Shown here: piece after piece, positions 25,315-35,923 of the stretch
How the letters are laid out: each line of letters starts with the position of its first letter
Numbering within the stretch: the stretch's first letter is position 1
Source: an uncultured Clostridia bacterium
Lineage (GTDB): Bacteria; Bacillota; Clostridia; Christensenellales; CAG-917
Reading direction: 5' to 3'
Assembly (NCBI GenBank): GCA_947589635.1
Contig: CANQCC010000001.1
Location: forward strand, 1 to 46,911
Length of the DNA stretch: 46,911 bases
Position numbers and translations under genes: made by a program
Notes under the pieces: generated by a model
Database searches by the model: none
Seen by the model: only the letters and a program-made list of their open reading frames with translations
What the model was told of the DNA's origin: nothing

Positions 25315-27144
25315 TTACTCCTCGTCTTTCGGAAAGCCCGCCGTCGTCTGCGTAACGGTGAATTGGCAACCGCTTACAATCTCGATAGGCAGCTCTCCTC
25401 TGTCGCCCGCATATTCCGAAGTCGTATCGTTCGTCCAATATTCCCTGCTTGCGTCGGACGGCATGACCGCGCGTTTATAATATTGTGTGGGCAGATCTTT
25501 GAAAAGATCGTTGATAGCCGCCGCCAAAGTGTCGACTATATACTCGTTGCCCGCCACATCGGAATCTCCTCTGAAACCGGCTGCGGAGCACGCCGAGCAC
25601 AGATAGTCGTACGCCTGTCGGTCTATCCCGTCAAAATATACCTTGATGTCCAAAAGGTCGCACACTTTGCGGCCGTTAACGGTCTTTATATGCTCCGCAT
25701 TCGGAGTCATCTTAACCATGACCTTCTTTGCGAAGAATCCGCAATCCCTGTCCACCTCTCTGATGTGATCGTCAAAGTATTTCCTGATGTGCGTGGCAAG
25801 GCGGGCCAGATAGCGGTCGCTGTCAATGATTATGTAGCGCTCTTGCCCCCTGTTTTTCTCTTCTTCCTGCTCCTTTTCTATAAAGAGCTTCAAAATATCC
25901 TTCTTCTGCTTCTCTACGAGGTTTGAAAGAGCGGAGACATCCACGTTGACATGATAATCCGTAGTGATGTCAAACACCCTTTTTTGAGTCTTCTTTATCT
26001 GCAGGAAGGAGCAATCATCAAAATATGCCGCGCCTCCGCCCGCGCCGAGATAGTAGCTGCGCCAATCGCTGAAGGTCGTGTATTCGCCAAGTTTGTTAAA
26101 CATAAACGTGGTGACGACTTCTTTAAGCCTTGAAAGCGCTATGTCATAATTTTTCGCGCATTTCTCCACGATGGCGGCGATATCCTTTGCCTTTTTGGCC
26201 ACGTCGCCTCCCAACGCTTTACCCCTCAGATAGCGCGCTGGCAATCCGCTTTCGCCAAGCGCCTGAGAGGCCTCCATAAAGACGTTGCCGCCGTTTATCA
26301 TGTCCGCATATTCCAAAAACTCTTGCCACGCGTCCTCGCTGAAGCCGACGTTTACGTCAAAGTATTTTGCATAACGATAGCGGCGCTTCTTGTTGAGTCT
26401 CGGCTCAAACGGCTTGACGGAATATAAGACGCCCTCGTCAAACTCCACGCCGGAATCGTAGTGTATCGCGTCCTTTATGACGTTGCGCATGGCCTCGGCG
26501 CCGCACCGCGAGTCGATGATATACGCAAATTCCATAGCGCCCTGCTTGATTTGCCTGATGTGCTGTTTGCCGCGTTTTTTCTCCGCCTTGCGCTCCTCTC
26601 TTTCCTTCTTTTTATCCTTCTTTTCGTCGTCGTAGGAGGAATATTGATGGCGATTGCGGATACGATGTACGCGCTGCCGACGCTCGCGATATCTCCTCTC
26701 GCGAGGCTCCCATTCCCCGGAGTTGTTGTAAAAACGCGCAAAGAGTATGTCGCATATGCCGCCTACCATATAGCAGATGAAAAAGCTCATGGGATACCAA
26801 GCGATAGACTCGTCAAACGTGATGACAAAAAGCAACACAAGATATATCACTCCATATCCAAGCACTATCGACTGAAACAGCAGATTGTGCCTGTCGGTGT
26901 CCACAAACTTAATGATGTTGTTAAAAATGTTTGCGGCAAACAATAAGCCGATCGCCAAAAAGGAGATTATCAGCGCGGAATACCGCGGCATGAATTTAAG
27001 TAACATTATGCCCGTCAAAGTGGATTCGCTCTCCTTGCCGTACCATTTGCCGCCAAGCAAAATGCCGATAAGCGCGATCCATATCGCCCAGGATAAGGCG
27101 GACAGTAAGATCTCGAAAAAGTTGTAGGAACTGCTTCTTCTCAT
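25315..27144 (-). CDS. hypothetical membrane protein: 4 N-terminal TM helices, an Arg/Lys-rich linker, and a ~430-aa domain of unknown function
   Basis: 609-aa ORF with a GAGGT RBS 5 nt before ATG 27144. Hydrophobic helices fall within residues ~10-140. The linker reads PRERRYRERRQRVHRIRNRH...EKKDKKKEREERKAEKKRGK. I recognise no motif in the remainder. Confidence 0.75.
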   Translation of the reverse strand: MRRSSSYNFFEILLSALSWAIWIALIGILLGGKWYGKESESTLTGIMLLKFMPRYSALIISFLAIGLLFAANIFNNIIKFVDTDRHNLLFQSIVLGYGVIYLVLLFVITFDESIAWYPMSFFICYMVGGICDILFARFYNNSGEWEPRERRYRERRQRVHRIRNRHQYSSYDDEKKDKKKEREERKAEKKRGKQHIRQIKQGAMEFAYIIDSRCGAEAMRNVIKDAIHYDSGVEFDEGVLYSVKPFEPRLNKKRRYRYAKYFDVNVGFSEDAWQEFLEYADMINGGNVFMEASQALGESGLPARYLRGKALGGDVAKKAKDIAAIVEKCAKNYDIALSRLKEVVTTFMFNKLGEYTTFSDWRSYYLGAGGGAAYFDDCSFLQIKKTQKRVFDITTDYHVNVDVSALSNLVEKQKKDILKLFIEKEQEEEKNRGQERYIIIDSDRYLARLATHIRKYFDDHIREVDRDCGFFAKKVMVKMTPNAEHIKTVNGRKVCDLLDIKVYFDGIDRQAYDYLCSACSAAGFRGDSDVAGNEYIVDTLAAAINDLFKDLPTQYYKRAVMPSDASREYWTNDTTSEYAGDRGELPIEIVSGCQFTVTQTTAGFPKDEE

Positions 27145-27357
27145 GCTCTACCTCATGTTTGAAAATACATTTTTTGCGGCGGGGACGCTCCGCCGATTTA
27201 TATCCTATTTGTCCTCGCGCGTCCTCGCGCCGCCTATTGTGACCGATATTAATGTCCATCAAGTTTTGCGCAGACAAGCGGGCTTTTGCCGCTGCTTTTA
27301 TTTAATGCCTTTGCGCAAAAGACCGATATGCAGCGGGTATGCTTCCTTTCGACGCGC

Positions 27358-29772
27358 TTAAATCGGAGTGTACATGCGCGCGACCTCTACTGCGCCGTAT
27401 TGGCGGGCTCGCTGCGCGACGCGAGTCGCTTCGGCATGCTCCGCGGCGCGGGTAGCGGCGGACGTGCACCATGCGGGAGTCTTTGAAACGCTTTGGCTTG
27501 AATATGAGGGCTTTGCAGCCTGCGCTGCCTGAGCCTTTCTTGCCTCCTCTGCTCTTCTTGCGGCTTCCGCTGCCTTTCTTGCTTCCTCCGCTCTTCTTGC
27601 GGCCTCGGCTGCTTTTCTTGCTTCTTCCGCCCTGCGAGCGGCTTCCGCGGCTTTGCGAGCTTCTTCGGCTTTCCTTGCCGCCTCCGCTGCCCGTCTTGCT
27701 TCTTCCGCTTTGCGAGCTTCTTCGGCTTTTCTTGCCTCTTCCGCTCTTCTTGCTTCTTCCCGCCTTGCCTCTTCGGCTTTGCGTTCTCTTTCCGCTTTTT
27801 CTTCCGCTTCCAGTCTGTCCTTAAGCTCGTACGCGTGCCTGAAAAGGTTCTGCGCGTAGTTGTACAGCGGGGAGCCGATAAGCACTTTGACATACCAATA
27901 CGCGGCGTTGTAGGCGTCGCGGGATGTGCCGCGCATCTCAAGATCCATGCCTAAGACGACGGACATGATGTCAAGTTTGCGCCTGTCCTCTATCGTGCCG
28001 GCGCTGTTTGCAAGGATGCGGTTGTAGTCCGCGAGGTCCGCCTCATAGCCTTTGGAATTTTCAAAACGCTCGTCTATTTGCGCGATGAGGACGCGTGCTT
28101 CCTGCTCCATGCGCTCCGCTCTTTCTTTTTCCCACTTGATTTTGTTCTCTTCCTTTATCCGTCTTTGTTCCGCTCTTTCGGCGCGCTTTATCCTTCTCTG
28201 CTCCTTTTCCTCGGCGGCGAGCTGCCTGCACATAGCGATCTTGGCTTTGACGTCGTCGGGAATGCCGGGAGGGACCGTGCAATCCTTATAGCACTTCAGC
28301 GCCTCCGTAGGAGATTTTGCAAAACCGTACTTGCCGTACAGATAGATATCTCCCCAAAAGTAGTGCTGTTCCTTTGTGCCTATGGCGTTCTTTTTGAGGG
28401 ACGCCAGACTCTCTTTGAAATATGAGGCGAGATATGCGACCATTTTGTCGTCCATGGCGCTTTGCAAAACCTCGCCCGCGGAGTTTACCACCGTGACGTT
28501 GTGCGGAAACGACGTGCCGTCGCCCGAAGTCTCTATGTCGCGGCAGACCGCGAAGACGGCGGAGGTGCCGTTGCCTATGACGACGCGCTTTATGCCGTCT
28601 AAAGTCTTCCTGTCTATGCGCTCTATCCTGTCTATGCAGTCGGGGAAAATAAGTTCGTCGCCCGAAACTTTGCGGTTTATGACTCTCGCTACGGATATCT
28701 CGCCGTCCTGCGAGACGGAATATTCATAATTGTTTTCAAGATCGAGATATTGTGAATAAGTTATGTACTTGTGCGCCTTAAGGCTACCGCCCGTCTTCGG
28801 CTTTTCGTGAGCTTCCGCGGCCTCCGTAGTGACCGACGACTCGTTATCCTTAGCTTCCTCCTCCGCGATTTTTGTTTCATCAAAAGGCTTGACGTCTTCG
28901 ATCGAGCGCTCGTCCTCAAGTCCGTCCGCACAGATCACGGGAGCGCTAATCGCGCTGTCCTTATATATCTTCACGACGTGCGGAGGCAGCACGATAAGCC
29001 TGTTTGCGGATATTTTTCGCCTTTGCGGAAATTTTCCGTCCGCAAAACAGCCCTCGCCGAAGATGACGTTATTCACGTTTTTCCTCTTATTGGGCGCGAA
29101 ACTTCCGCGAAAACCCTGCAACCCGTCAAACAAAAGCGTATCCCCGTCCACGTCGGAGTGCAGATCCACCGTCTGCGTTACAAACGACGGAAAATGCCCG
29201 CCTATCTTTGCATATTCGTTGCGGGTGTGATCCACCGCGCGGTAGCCGCCCTCGCGCTCGACGTCTCTGAGAAAGCCCAACTTGTTATCGAAAAAATATT
29301 TGAGAGTTTCGGGGGACGTGGGCTCAAATTCGCGCGAAAGTTTTTCAACCTCGCAGCCGACGTTTCCCTCTAAAGTCGCCGAAGCGGGCGCCTCAAGCGG
29401 AAGCACAAGTTCCGCCCCGCCAAACGCCATGCTCCCTATGCGCTCGATCTTTGCCTCCTGCATGTTGACAAGCAACAGCTTTGCGCCCTCAAAAGCGCCT
29501 TCGTCAATCTCGCGGACGTTTTGCCCCATATAGACAAACTCCATCGTCATGGGTTTTTTCTTTAGGGAGTTGAGGCTTTGTATCCTGCTTACGCATTTGG
29601 GGATGTAAACGGCGTCAAGATAAAATCTGCTTGCGTCCTTTGCGAAGCCCGTGACGACGTACATGCCCTTCCTGTTTTTGTCCTTCTTGAAGGTGAAAAG
29701 TAATTTGAGATAATATTTTGCCGCGTCGTCGTCATATACGGCCTGATAGGGACGATAATCTCTTTTTTTCAT
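27358..29772 (-). CDS. hypothetical 804-aa protein: BspA-type leucine-rich repeats, Sel1/TPR-like repeats, and an E/R/K-rich charged helical repeat
   Basis: No signal peptide (MKKRDYRPYQAVYDDD...). BspA-LRR-like segments include MYVVTGFAKDASRFYLDAVYIPKCVSRI, VREIDEGAFEGAKLL and ELIFPDCIDRIERIDRKTLDGIKRVVIG. Sel1-like segments are GDIYLYGKYGFAKSPTEALKCYKD and YNAAYWYVKVL. The C-terminal repeats read AEEARKAAEAARR. The RBS lies inside the end of the upstream gene, with a 6-nt gap. Confidence 0.75.
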   Translation of the reverse strand: MKKRDYRPYQAVYDDDAAKYYLKLLFTFKKDKNRKGMYVVTGFAKDASRFYLDAVYIPKCVSRIQSLNSLKKKPMTMEFVYMGQNVREIDEGAFEGAKLLLVNMQEAKIERIGSMAFGGAELVLPLEAPASATLEGNVGCEVEKLSREFEPTSPETLKYFFDNKLGFLRDVEREGGYRAVDHTRNEYAKIGGHFPSFVTQTVDLHSDVDGDTLLFDGLQGFRGSFAPNKRKNVNNVIFGEGCFADGKFPQRRKISANRLIVLPPHVVKIYKDSAISAPVICADGLEDERSIEDVKPFDETKIAEEEAKDNESSVTTEAAEAHEKPKTGGSLKAHKYITYSQYLDLENNYEYSVSQDGEISVARVINRKVSGDELIFPDCIDRIERIDRKTLDGIKRVVIGNGTSAVFAVCRDIETSGDGTSFPHNVTVVNSAGEVLQSAMDDKMVAYLASYFKESLASLKKNAIGTKEQHYFWGDIYLYGKYGFAKSPTEALKCYKDCTVPPGIPDDVKAKIAMCRQLAAEEKEQRRIKRAERAEQRRIKEENKIKWEKERAERMEQEARVLIAQIDERFENSKGYEADLADYNRILANSAGTIEDRRKLDIMSVVLGMDLEMRGTSRDAYNAAYWYVKVLIGSPLYNYAQNLFRHAYELKDRLEAEEKAERERKAEEARREEARRAEEARKAEEARKAEEARRAAEAARKAEEARKAAEAARRAEEARKAAEAARRAEEARKAAEAARRAEEARKAQAAQAAKPSYSSQSVSKTPAWCTSAATRAAEHAEATRVAQRARQYGAVEVARMYTPI
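27535..27813 (-). repeat. in-frame tandem coding repeat (18-nt and 39-nt units) encoding EEARK / AEEARKAAEAARR
   Basis: 93 codons of E/A/R/K only: ...KAEEARREEARRAEEARKAEEARKAEEARRAAEAARKAEEARKAAEAARRAEEARKAAEAARRAEEARKAAEAARRAEEARK. It also produces spurious alternative-frame ORFs on both strands. Confidence 0.85.
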
Positions 29773-29778
29773 ACCCTG

Positions 29779-30429
29779 TTATTCCTCATTTGCCTCGAGG
29801 GCGAGTTTTTTAAGCGTATCCCTTTCCTTCTCTCCAAGAGGCCTCGTGATCGGGCCAAGCGCCAGGACGTCCGCGATATTTACGACGTCGTAGTTATCTA
29901 TAAAGTCGAGAAGTCCGTCCGTGGAGTCCTCTTCCGCCTGCTCAAGCATATTGTCGTATCTTTCCGCGTATTGAAATTGTCCTCTCAAGCGCACAAGCGC
30001 GCGCGTAAGGTCGAAGATGTCGTGCGTCTTGACCTCTTCGAGGAGATATGCGTCGAAAAATTCGTCGACCTTTTTAAGAGCCTCTTCATGCTTTGAGGGG
30101 TCGGGAAGTATTTGCCTTAGCCTCAGCTTCCTCCACTGCGCCGCGCCGCCGAAGCCCAGCTCCCGCGCGATGACGTCAAACGCCGCGTAACCCTTCTCTC
30201 CGTACGGAATAAACGTCAGATAGTGAGCAAAGATGAGCGCCTTGCCAATTTCGTTGTTTGGGATGTCCTTCATCATCGCGAGAAAATAGATCTCGTCGTC
30301 GACAAGTCCCCAACATCTCTGAAGGCCCTCGACGCCCATGCCCTCTGCGGCGACTCCCACCGAAAGACGGGTGACCATGCGGGGGTCCCAAAGCAAACTG
30401 TCGTAAAACAAGGAATAGATGTCGTCCAT
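29779..30429 (-). CDS. hypothetical acidic soluble protein (216 aa)
   Basis: ORF with a weak AAAGGGA RBS and no motif I recognise. Its stop lies 6 nt before the start of the 804-aa gene. Confidence 0.65.
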   Translation of the reverse strand: MDDIYSLFYDSLLWDPRMVTRLSVGVAAEGMGVEGLQRCWGLVDDEIYFLAMMKDIPNNEIGKALIFAHYLTFIPYGEKGYAAFDVIARELGFGGAAQWRKLRLRQILPDPSKHEEALKKVDEFFDAYLLEEVKTHDIFDLTRALVRLRGQFQYAERYDNMLEQAEEDSTDGLLDFIDNYDVVNIADVLALGPITRPLGEKERDTLKKLALEANEE

Positions 30430-30589
30430 AATATCGTCCCTTTTCGCACTTTGTGCGTGCGTGCGCCCGTGCGCACCTGCGAGGCCTTCTGCGTTGTAGT
30501 CAATGTAAAGGCCAACTTGATTTTACTTTACCGGCGCCGTATGCGCCTTGGCTCTATCGCCCGATATGGCGCTTCTTAACTTTCGGCGC

Positions 30590-31192
30590 TTACTTGCCTT
30601 CTCCGTCGATTTTTTCACTGCCCGCGATCTTTTCCTCGCTTAGCGATACAAATTCCACGCACTGATCTATGTTTTGCTCTATGCCGTTGCGGCGCCTCCT
30701 GAGCGCGGGTCTGTCAAGCAACACGGCGTTTGCCGCCTCCCACAGCGAGAAGGAGCCTATGATGGACAAGATCTCCGCAATAAGCTGCTTGTCCGCAAGC
30801 ACAGACACCAAAAAGTACGCTATCAGCACGCATATGCCAAACACGGACAGCCCTATGGTCTTTTTGAAATTCGCCGCAAAGTCCCAGGTGACGTCGTACG
30901 CCTTCATCGTGTAATGGCGATGCATGAGGCGCTTTATCTCCGCCTGCCTGTCCTCGTCCGCCTCGCCGTGGAAGCGGATCTTGAGCGGAATTTTTGACGG
31001 AATTATGTTTGCTTGCAAGTCGATAAAATCGTATATGTCCTCGCTGAGGTCAAGGTTCGCGCCCGTGGATAGCGGATTGTAAAGCTGATCGTCGGGCGGA
31101 AGTTTGACGTCTATGACGGCGTATCCGTTTTTATCTACGGCTTCCTCGGCGTACTTTATCAACTCCTGCATGCGTTGTCTGTTTTTTGTCAT
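30590..31192 (-). CDS. hypothetical membrane protein (200 aa; soluble N-terminal ~115 aa plus 2 TM helices)
   Basis: TM candidates are IGLSVFGICVLIAYFLVSVL and IAEILSIIGSFSLWEAANAVLL. No family is recognised. It is the first gene of the co-directional block downstream of obg. Confidence 0.65.
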   Translation of the reverse strand: MTKNRQRMQELIKYAEEAVDKNGYAVIDVKLPPDDQLYNPLSTGANLDLSEDIYDFIDLQANIIPSKIPLKIRFHGEADEDRQAEIKRLMHRHYTMKAYDVTWDFAANFKKTIGLSVFGICVLIAYFLVSVLADKQLIAEILSIIGSFSLWEAANAVLLDRPALRRRRNGIEQNIDQCVEFVSLSEEKIAGSEKIDGEGK

Positions 31193-31218
31193 TTTTGTAC
31201 CTACATAAAATATATTTG

Positions 31219-31287
31219 TTCGGATATTTTGTTTATTTCGTCTTATCTCGTTCGGATATCATCGGTTTGTTTGGATATGTCGGATAT
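31219..31287. promoter_or_regulatory. four copies of (T)TCGGATAT / TTGGATAT in the obg to gene-A intergenic region
   Basis: Copies lie at 31219-31227 (TTCGGATAT), 31251-31259 (TTCGGATAT), 31271-31278 (TTGGATAT) and 31280-31287 (TCGGATAT). On the coding (minus) strand the motif reads ATATCCGAA. It lies 27-95 nt upstream of ATG 31192. Confidence 0.4.
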
Positions 31288-31292
31288 CTTGT

Positions 31293-33927
<2,635 letters not shown>

Positions 33928-33931
<4 letters not shown>

Positions 33932-34761
33932 ACTTCCCTCCTCAGCCTGCAAAGATGCGCCTCTTCCTGCTCGCGATAGACAAGACTTCTTGAAATCGCC
34001 TCGTCAAAGTCCACCATATGGCCGTCAAATTCGGGACCGTCCACACAAGCGTATACGGTCTTGCCGCCGAGGCTCAGCCTGCAGCAGCCGCACATGCCCG
34101 TGCCGTCAACCATTATCGAGTTCATGCTCACCACGGTATGTACACCCGCCTTGCGCGTGAGTTCGCAGACCGCTTGCATCATTTTGAGTGGCCCTACCGC
34201 AAACACGCAATCATAGCCCTTTCCCTCCGCCATCAAGCGCGCGAGCGCGTCCGTCACAAACCCTTTTTCTCCAAACGAGCCGTCGTCTGTGACAAAGTGC
34301 GCCTCGTTTGCAAAAGAGGCAAAATCTTCCTTATATATCAGCAGGTCTTTATTTCTTGCGCCGACGATTATGTCCGCGGGCGCGCCCTCCTCAAACAGCT
34401 TTTTGGCCTGAGGATAGATGACCGCGCTGCCTATGCCGCCGCCGACAAGGCATATATTTTTGTACGCGGAAAGGTCCGTCGCGTTGCCAAGCGGCCCGAC
34501 AATATCCTTGATAGCGTCGCCTTCTTTGAGCGTCCCCAGCTTTATTGTGGAATATCCCACTTCCTGCACAAGCAGGCGCACGCTGCCCTCGCTCCTGTCA
34601 TAGTCGCAGATCGTAAACGGGACGCGCTCCCCATCGTCGTCCACGCGGAGTATGACAAATTGCCCCGCCTTGCAATGCTTTGCGACAAGGGGAGCGTAAA
34701 TTTTGTACTCGCAGACGTTCCGGGCCAATCTGCGTTTTGATAAAAGAGTATAATTTTGCAT
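33928..34761 (-). CDS. nfnA: sulfide/dihydroorotate dehydrogenase-like FAD/NAD-binding subunit (NfnA / SudB-type)
   Basis: 277 aa from ATG 34761 (MQNYTLLSKRRLARNV...). It has a ferredoxin-reductase-type fold (RVPFTICDY, VGGGIGSA) and a C-terminal Cys motif GTGMCGCCRL...C. Confidence 0.7.
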
Positions 34762-34762
34762 A

Positions 34763-35389
34763 CTATCCAAGCAACTTTTTATAGTAGTTGCAATGCTCCC
34801 TCAGGTTGCACGCGGCGCAGTCCGGGTTTTTTGAGTGGCAGACGTACCTCCCCTGAAAGATCAGAAGGTGATGAAGCCTTGACCACTTGTCCTCGTCGAA
34901 GGCCTGCATAAGTCCAATTTCAGTCTCTTCGGGGGTTTTTGCGTTTACAAGCCCGATCCTGTTCGCCACGCGGAAAACGTGCGTATCCACGGCTATGGCG
35001 TTTCCTCCGTACGCGACGGAGTAGACTACGTTTGCGCTCTTGCGCCCGACGCCTTTCAAAGCCATAAGCTCGTCGCGGGTGGAGGGCATGCCGCCTCGTT
35101 GCACGACGCTTTGGCTTAGCTCCTTTATGGCGCGCGCTTTGTTGTGATAAAATCCGCAGGAGAATATAAGGCTTTCAAGTTCCTCAATGGGCATGGCGAC
35201 AAACGCCTCCGGAGTGGAGGCGACCTCAAACAGCCGCTTTGTGACCTCGTTCACGCGCTTGTCCGTGCACTGCGCCGAAAGCACCACCGCCACAAGCAAC
35301 TGAAACGGAGTGGAAAAATTAAGCTCGCAATGCGCGTCGCCGTGCCTTTCTTCAAGCAACTGGTATATCTTAGTATTATCCTCAGTCAT
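34763..35389 (-). CDS. nth: endonuclease III
   Basis: HhH-GPD fold (LMALKGVGRKSANVV) and an Fe-S cluster loop CHSKNPDCAACNLREHC. I prefer start 35389 (MTEDNTKIYQLLEERHGDAHCEL). The ORF-track start is 35458. The start is uncertain because there is no clear RBS. Confidence 0.85.
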   Translation of the reverse strand: MTEDNTKIYQLLEERHGDAHCELNFSTPFQLLVAVVLSAQCTDKRVNEVTKRLFEVASTPEAFVAMPIEELESLIFSCGFYHNKARAIKELSQSVVQRGGMPSTRDELMALKGVGRKSANVVYSVAYGGNAIAVDTHVFRVANRIGLVNAKTPEETEIGLMQAFDEDKWSRLHHLLIFQGRYVCHSKNPDCAACNLREHCNYYKKLLG

Positions 35390-35459
35390 AGGGATATTAT
35401 CGCATACGCGCGCAAATTTTGCAAGAACTTTGAAGCGCATAAATATATCGCGCTGCAAT

Positions 35460-35563
35460 TTTTTACCGCCATATCTTCTCGCCGTTTTGCAGCCTTATCA
35501 CAACACAGTTTTGCGACCTTATCTTCGCGCCGTTTTACAGCCTTATCACCGCGCCGTTATTTG
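35460..35563. repeat. 24-bp tandem repeat, about 4.3 copies
   Basis: Units are TTTTACCGCCATATCTTCTCGCC, GTTTTGCAGCCTTATCACAACACA, GTTTTGCGACCTTATCTTCGCGCC, GTTTTACAGCCTTATCACCGCGCC and the partial GTTATTTG. The array lies between nth and the DUF3343 gene and overlaps the last codons of the latter. Confidence 0.75.
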
Positions 35564-35783
35564 AAAAATAAAATATCCCGACCGCGCTTTGATATCTGTC
35601 TCGCGTAAGCACGGTCTTTGCGGTCTGCATATCTTTGGCGAACAGCTTGACGGACAGCCCGCAGCCTACGTTCGCGGCGGACGGCGTGTTGATAAGCCTG
35701 CACGCGATCCCGTATCCCATAAGCGCCTCGAAAAAACGCACCGCCTCAGAGCGCGAGCGGAATGGAATGAAAAATTCTCTCAT
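35535..35783 (-). CDS. DUF3343-like small protein (putative Se/S carrier-like)
   Basis: 82 aa, MREFFIPFRSRSEAVRFFEALMGYGIACRLINTPSAANVGCGLSVKL. The pattern (F.s...A...e..l...gi...l...P......CG.s) fits my recollection of DUF3343. It is divergent from a cysteine desulfurase-like gene. Confidence 0.6.
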   Translation of the reverse strand: MREFFIPFRSRSEAVRFFEALMGYGIACRLINTPSAANVGCGLSVKLFAKDMQTAKTVLTRDRYQSAVGIFYFSNNGAVIRL

Positions 35784-35923
35784 ATGCCCTCCGTTTATGT
35801 AGCCGCCCGATATAATATATGCCGCAAAATATTTTCACGCCGCATAACAAAAAAATATGTCGCCTTTTTCTCGGGCGCGTTACGACTTCCACGCCTTGAA
35901 GCATAGGCTATATCGAGGGCATT

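Noticed and set aside
27387-27941. 184-aa K/R-rich alternative-frame ORF, plus the plus-strand ORFs at 27471-27859
   Set aside because: They are artefacts of the GAAGC/GCAAG-rich tandem coding repeat of the 804-aa gene. Any frame through the repeat stays open.
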